NCBI GenBank assembly: GCA_002269645.1
Contig: NIVC01001177.1
Coordinates: 1 to 64,000, forward strand
Length of the DNA stretch: 64,000 bases
Source: Macrostomum lignano
Taxonomy: Eukaryota
Reading direction: 5' to 3'
Shown: one piece after another, positions 58,197 to 64,000 of the stretch
Position numbering within the stretch: position 1 is the stretch's first letter
Layout of the letters: each line of letters starts with the position of its first letter
Notes under the pieces: generated by a model
What the model was told of the DNA's origin: nothing
Databases searched by the model: none
What the model saw: the letters and a program-made list of their open reading frames with translations, nothing else
Position numbers and translations under genes: made by a program

Positions 58197-58921
58197 GTGA
58201 GAGAATCGAGCATCACAGTGGTAAGTCTTGTAAATACATGTATTTTTGTACTTGATTTTTCATCCTAAATGATAAAATTATTTTATTGCATTATTCCATC
58301 GATTCGGTCTCTCTGTAATAAAGTACCAGCATGTATGAAGTATAATTTGACTGTCAAGCAGTTATCATTGAAATTTGTCATTTTTTGAGCAAACTGATGT
58401 TTCTATTCATTTACGAGCTAATTTACCTGTAATTTATTACAATTACATTAGAATTGTTTGCATCTATCTGTAATCGTGCAAGTAGTTCTGAATTCAGTCC
58501 GTCACAGTTCATCTACTACCCGAAATAAATGGAAAGTATGGAGAGTGGCGCGGATAGCTTGTATGACGAGATTGTAAATTCAGAGTACGCATTTAAGTAG
58601 AAGTTCTGTTCCCTGGCTATTGACTGGAGTCCAGCACATGGTTTCCATCCCCCGTTTACACGATTGAATGTACAAACATCTACTGAACTTGACTGCAGGT
58701 AGGTCGATTCAAGAAAAACTAAAACAAGACCAAAACAGTTTTGGTTTGCAGCAACAATACAATACAGAAAGTACATTACATCGACTGAATATATTTAGTC
58801 TCTTAATCAGGCAGTCAGCCACGAAGGCTAGAAAATTATTTATCGTAACACCAAGTAACGTTCACGTATGTCATATATGAAGAAGAGAGTTAAATCGTGA
58901 CAAGAATCTTACCTGTAGTAC

Positions 58922-59395
58922 TTACTGCTTCTGTTTCAGCTTCTGCGTGCCTTTAAAGTGATTTTACTAGTTAATTTTTTGTTTTAGAAAGCTCAAACAA
59001 ATCCCTGATCACTTACCGATCTTGTAGACGCTGATCCTATGTGCGTTTCCACAAGCTGTCATTGAGTCTCCCGTGCAGGACTTGTTGCAGTCAGACTCGG
59101 CATTTACGGCACCATGTCTGTCGTAGCTGTTGCCGCAGAAGCACTGCTTGCTAAATTGCAAGCCGAAATAAGAGTAACTGTCGTGGACACACCTGTCGTA
59201 GCAGTATTGAGCTGTCATGTCTATTTCTGACTCGTACCAATGTTCAGAAAGAGCCCTAGAATTTGAATCGTCAACGTAGCAACCAACATAAGTGAAATGA
59301 TTGCTAGCAGCGTTGATCAGTGCGGCTACAAGCATTGTACCGCTTTGATGTAGCAATAGCAAAGCAAAAATTAAGGAAAACCTTGTCATTGCCAT
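58922..59395 (-). CDS. Secreted single-WSC-domain protein (copy c)
   Basis: Signal peptide MAMTRFSLIFALLLLHQS...; complete WSC (YVGCYVD...MTAQYCYDRC...YFGLQFSKQCFCG...CNKSCTGD....CG...SVY); GTAAGT donor near 59016; tentative exon 2 at 58950-58922 (GTQKLKQKQ*). Confidence 0.82.
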
Positions 59396-61136
59396 GATTT
59401 GAGTATAACCTTAAAAACTGAAAAAGAGAGTGAAACAGGTAAGCTACAAACAGCTGCCCTTATATCTCAGAAGCTATTTGATGAGATTCTCAGCAATCAA
59501 TCTTAAGAAGAAAATTCACCTTTTAACCTAAGAAACTCTGATGGCGGTGCAATTGTCAGCAAAACCAGCTTGTGACGTGACCCTCCTGAAAGACGTACAG
59601 AAATTACAAACGACAAAAGAAAACTGATGGATGAGCTCATGCGCTATGATAAGCTGCTGGATATTTTACTGCTCGAGGAATGCATGAAAATGCTTTTAGA
59701 TAGTTTTCTCTTTGCTAAAAAACCTCTAGGAGATAGGAATACGGGTTACCTGTAGGGAAAAACGGTTGAAATATTGAAAAGAATAAGAAGCCCAGGTTTA
59801 TTAGCCTATCAAAGCAGAAGCGTTTCTGGTTCCACTATTAGAATTTTTAAAAAGATAGAACGGGTTTAGAATAGTGACCATCGTAGTATACTACTACACG
59901 ATCAAATTTCAGTAGTAAAACTAAGCTTTGCAAAAATTTGGCTAACCTACTCTTTCTATCTCCTTGCTGAAATGAATGATGGACAAGACTGCATGGTGAA
60001 GAAATTGAGTATCGGTAGGAATTTGGGATTTTTTGAGAACCGTTGCAGATTCTGTGATGTGTTCCTTATTACTCGACTTTCGATAATCAAGGAACAATCA
60101 CTTCTAGCTCAGTAGCTAGGCAACCCAGTAATCAACTAAGGTATTCAATTACCTTTAATCCGGATTTGAATTTCTTGAGTAGTTCTCGCTAGGAACTCGT
60201 CAGTAGATCTCGTGTAGATCTGGTCACTGTCTTGGATCCGCTTCTCTGGTCCTGATTCTTCTTGTACTTCCGATGAAGTTGTTCCGGCCGGTAGTCAGGA
60301 CCAATCAGAGGCCTCGTATCAACAATGGGTACCCTGCGCCGAACTGCGGTTTGAAGTAAGCCTCCTTCTTCTAGCAGTGCCTCTATGCACTCTAGGTATA
60401 GCTCCGGAAACCACTGATAGTCTTCTAAGATCTATCAGGGGCAGTCCTTTTGGAGACTGCAACCAGTGGAGTCTAAACAGACTCAAGAGTCTCAACAGAC
60501 TCAAATAAACTCAAGTCTCAATAGACTTGAGCGAGACGTCTCTAACACAACGGGCGCAAATAAGGAAGGCTTACCGCAACAACTCGACCGAGTCTCGATT
60601 GACTTGGTTGATCAGGAAGTCCTCCTAAGGCTTCCTCTTCGGAGCTTCTCCTCTCGTCGGGAGTTGGCTCCTGGTCCGCTTCGGACCACTTGTATTTATA
60701 GGCGATTTTTTTTATCCAAAATAGCAATATTACAATTCACGTGTAGCGCTAAAAGGGGAAAATGGCTCATGGCGTATTTTTCTGGTAACATCTTTTCCTG
60801 GTAGCGTGATTCATTAAAATATCCGGTGCGCATGCGTGTACTTACTTACTTATAGTAGAATTCTACGATTGGCTTCTCTTTACCTTTTTAACGGGAGGTA
60901 GAACACTCTACATCTGTAGCAATTGCATGACAGCTGTCTTTCCCTATTTTTGAGTCGCCACTTTCCCAAGCCATATCCATTCACTCCACTGTGTTGGGAT
61001 AATTCCGTGGGAATTGCAAGCCAGTTTGTCAGCTTGTCACGGTAATTGTTATCTTGCTTCGTGGATAAAACATCTTGGCATGGCTGTCGCCTTTGGTTGC
61101 TGTAAAATTCCGTTCGAAAAATTTCTCTGATACAAC

Positions 61137-61520
61137 ATGAAACTGCGCTTCGTGTTAGCAAGCTTAATTCTCTTGCAAATGCTCCTTGGCAGCGCGGTGC
61201 TTTTGGCAGAAGCAAAGAGCAACGCCGTTAGCAAGCATTTCACCTATATTGGCTGCTATAAAGACAACTTTTTCAGTAGGGACTTTTCGACAAAAAAGTT
61301 TTCATCGACTGATATGACGGCCGAGAACTGCTACAGGTTCTGTGTCAAAGGACGCTACTCTTACTTCGGTCTGCAGTTCGGCTACGAATGCTATTGCGGC
61401 AACAGCTACGGCAAACATGGCGCTGCGAAGCGCTGGTGCAGCTATTCCTGCTCTGGAGACGCCAAGATAATCTGCTGAGGCTGGAGTAGGAACAGCGTTT
61501 ATCGGATTATTGGCAAGTGG
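61137..61520 (+). pseudogene. Secreted WSC-domain gene with an in-frame TGA at a conserved Gly (copy d)
   Basis: Signal peptide and full WSC; TGA at 61476-61478 in ICG position, and the frame continues GWSRNSVYRII followed by a GCAAGT donor-like site at 61513. Confidence 0.75.
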
Positions 61521-62384
61521 GCTCAAACATTTTTATTCAATTCAGCTTTCCTAGAAAGATTAACATTTGAATGCTGGTAAGTTTCCAGGTAAGTTTATTA
61601 TGCAGTTTGTAAACTTACCAATGTCTCAAATGTTTCGTATTTTTTTCAAAATACATTGATTCAAGATTCTTGTTTTCTGAGAACAAAACTGCCCCATTGT
61701 GCTTTGGCATTAAATTTGAAAGTAGAAAAAAAAAGTTTAAATACTTCTTTTGACGTGAAATGATGAAACAATGATAGATTTGTTTGGTATTTGTATGGTA
61801 CTATAGAGTGCACCTCTCTCGAGTTTTTATGCTTATTGTTTACCGATAGTATCCTATGAATGAGATTATTGTTACTATCGTTTAGCATACATGACTAGAA
61901 ACATTGTTTAACGCCAAAGCGTTGTTTAATGCGACTGTTTAACGATGCCCCAGCGAATCAGAAACGTTCTAGACTGCGCAGACTTTGGCCATAGACATAA
62001 ATCAGACCGCTACAGCTGTGCCATAGCCTATGGAGTGAAAAAACAGAGGAATTCAAAGTGCTTTGGTTTAATTTTTATAAGCTTGGGTTGGTTTCATTGT
62101 TTACTCTTCTCTAGAATGCATCAAATAAATTGGAAAAACTTGACAAACAAACTCCCTTTAACGGAGTGTCTGCCAAAGAAATGTATTTTCTTTCTATGTT
62201 GAGTGCAAAGGACCACGCTGATGACGCTGATCTAATGAATTTTATTCACTACCTAAAAGATTCTACCAATGATGACCAGTTGCCACTGAACACTCATCAA
62301 CCGGATCTACCAGAGGACGCTGCTCTGTCGGTTATTGATCTAGATCGCGTTGAAATCGACTGGCTGGTATATGTTCCAGCATGG

Positions 62385-62810
62385 TAAGGCATTCGCGGAG
62401 TTTCTAGAAAGGCAAATTGGAATGTCCCTGTGACAATATCGCAGCCCATCCTAAATGAGTTTCTACGTTTCTGTTTGAAGAAAGTAGACGGTGGAGTTTA
62501 CTCACCTGCTTCCTTGGTTTGCATGCGTGACGACGATGCGTGGAGCGATTCAGAGATTCAGGCATTCAGAGATATTTCTGCCTGGTTCTCAAGCGCTCTG
62601 TCAACATATTTTCTGGAGACGAATTTGCTGCTGCTAATCGAATGCTGCGCGTCAAAGTACGCGAGTACATTGGATCTGGCTCTGTCAGAAGACAATATCC
62701 ACCAATCGAGGAAGGTGACCTGGTGCGACTGTGCAAATACTTTGACAGAAGTACAGCAAGAGCGCCTTCAGGATGAAGTGATATTCATGCTACTGAAGTG
62801 TTTGCCTTTT
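62385..62810 (+). pseudogene. Degenerate Crypton-type (DUF3504-like) tyrosine recombinase fragment
   Basis: Segments in alternating frames: KAFAEFLE / ILNEFLRFCLKKVDGGVYSPASLVCMR / SGIQRYF...VNIFSGDEFAAANRML...SGSVRRQYPPIEEGDLVRLCKYFDRST / ERLQDEVIFMLL. These match in order the Crypton/ZMYM/KCTD1 pattern L..F....k.DG..Y...SL...R.gIqR.L...I....F...N..L...H.p.I...DL.rL..YF...tp..LQ. Recalled motif, not a search result. Confidence 0.7.
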
Positions 62811-64000
62811 CTCGGGGTGGCCTGGTAGGTCTGTGAATCCCACCGCTGCCACCAGTGTAGTGTTTATTATTTACTTCCCGACTTACAGGCACTTAAAAAC
62901 CGTGTGCAGATTTGCGGCTCAACGTGCAGGGCGTCTCGTCAGCAGATCCTGCGGGGCTTAATGGGCGGTTGGGACGGCTGTGTTAGCCTCTTGTTGACTG
63001 GGCTTTTGGATTTTTGGTCAGGCGAACAAAGAGAGGGTTAAGTTGTACGCACACAGAGAAGCAACAGAGAGGCTAGGAAATCGGAAACGTCTAGACCGGA
63101 AACTAGACAGGAAAAAGGACTGAAAAGGAAAATGAAAAGGAAACGGATCCTGAACCATGGATGGGTGAGGAGGTTCCGTATTTATAGCCTGGGATTCACC
63201 ACTGCCCCAATGCGCACAAGACCTCGTGACTTTGTTCTATTTTTAGAACTGACGTCACTTGGGGTCTCTGGGCAGAATGCACTAGGCGGTGACTCAGTGT
63301 CTATTTTTAGAAATATGAGTCACTACTTTCCTTAGAGAAGGGAAGGGCTTTAGGCACGTGATTTCCCGTAAACACGGACTAGCGAGTGCAGTAAACATGT
63401 TTACTGTACTTTTAGGACTGCAAAGCAAGGCTTGCCATGTGACTTGCTCACATGACAAAGGAAACAGGCCACCACCGTGACCTTGGGACAAGAGCAGCTG
63501 CCACGGCAGAGAAGCTCATGGCTGCAAAAGGGAGCAGAAACAGACAGAAAAGGCGCGGGAACAGCAGGCAGACGGCCAGACAAAGGGGAGTGGGAAGCTG
63601 ACCAGCGACAGACAGTAACCCAGGGCAAGGGCGAGGACGAGGGAAACTGCTGACAAAAGGGGACGCCTAACACCAACTAGCGAATCACTACACTACTCTC
63701 TACGTTAGGTAAACCGTTAGGTGAACGCAACCAAGAACAAATGAAGTATCTGAAGAAGAAGGATACTTTGGTAGAAGGAGTAGACGCTGATGGCCAAGCA
63801 AAAAATCAATCGACTGATCCGACGCGTGCTAAGAACAACATAGCAAAGCTCGTCTCTATGGGCAGCAGCGAGAGCTTCTCGTGTACTACTGCAATCTCCT
63901 CTACCTGAGAGCACAAAGGATTCATCATTTTTGCCAACAATGGAAGCGGTAACCTGCGTTTCTCAGTCAACCAAGTTCGAGGCATTAACAGTAGGAATAC

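Noticed and set aside
61476-61478. Selenocysteine recoding of the TGA
   Set aside because: The codon aligns with a conserved Gly, not Cys, and no SECIS was recognised.
47000-63000. Hammerhead ribozymes at CTGANGA motifs (e.g. ~54995, ~60197, ~62940, minus strand)
   Set aside because: Manual inspection found no stem II followed by GAAA with a matching stem III; an Infernal RF00163/RF00008 scan would be decisive.
62832-63400. Confirmed LTR
   Set aside because: No matching TSD at the tested ends and no second copy in the window.
63401-64000. Coding region at the window end
   Set aside because: Only short interrupted frames with no recognisable motif; truncated by the window edge.

Overview
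Eukaryotic, intron-rich invertebrate DNA. GT-AG introns, TTAGGG-type repeats and dense minisatellites suggest a flatworm such as Macrostomum (inference only). Contents in order: (1) a 13-exon ANKMY1 gene (MORN, ankyrin, zf-MYND; 1369-12955, +); (2) an 11-exon gene for a ~1848-aa type I membrane receptor with 10 atypical C-type lectin domains (15771-46929, +), where every intron is phase 2 and splits a domain at the same position; (3) inside its 22-kb intron 5, a head-to-tail array of 10 non-autonomous Helitron-like elements carrying (TAACCC)n, minisatellites and polypurine tracts (20349-42036); (4) TE relics (Gypsy gag, MITEs, a SINE, a Crypton-type tyrosine recombinase); (5) seven copies or fragments of secreted single-WSC-domain genes in birth-and-death evolution (52230-61520). 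Exon boundaries were derived by hand from splice sites and frame continuity; no database search was run.
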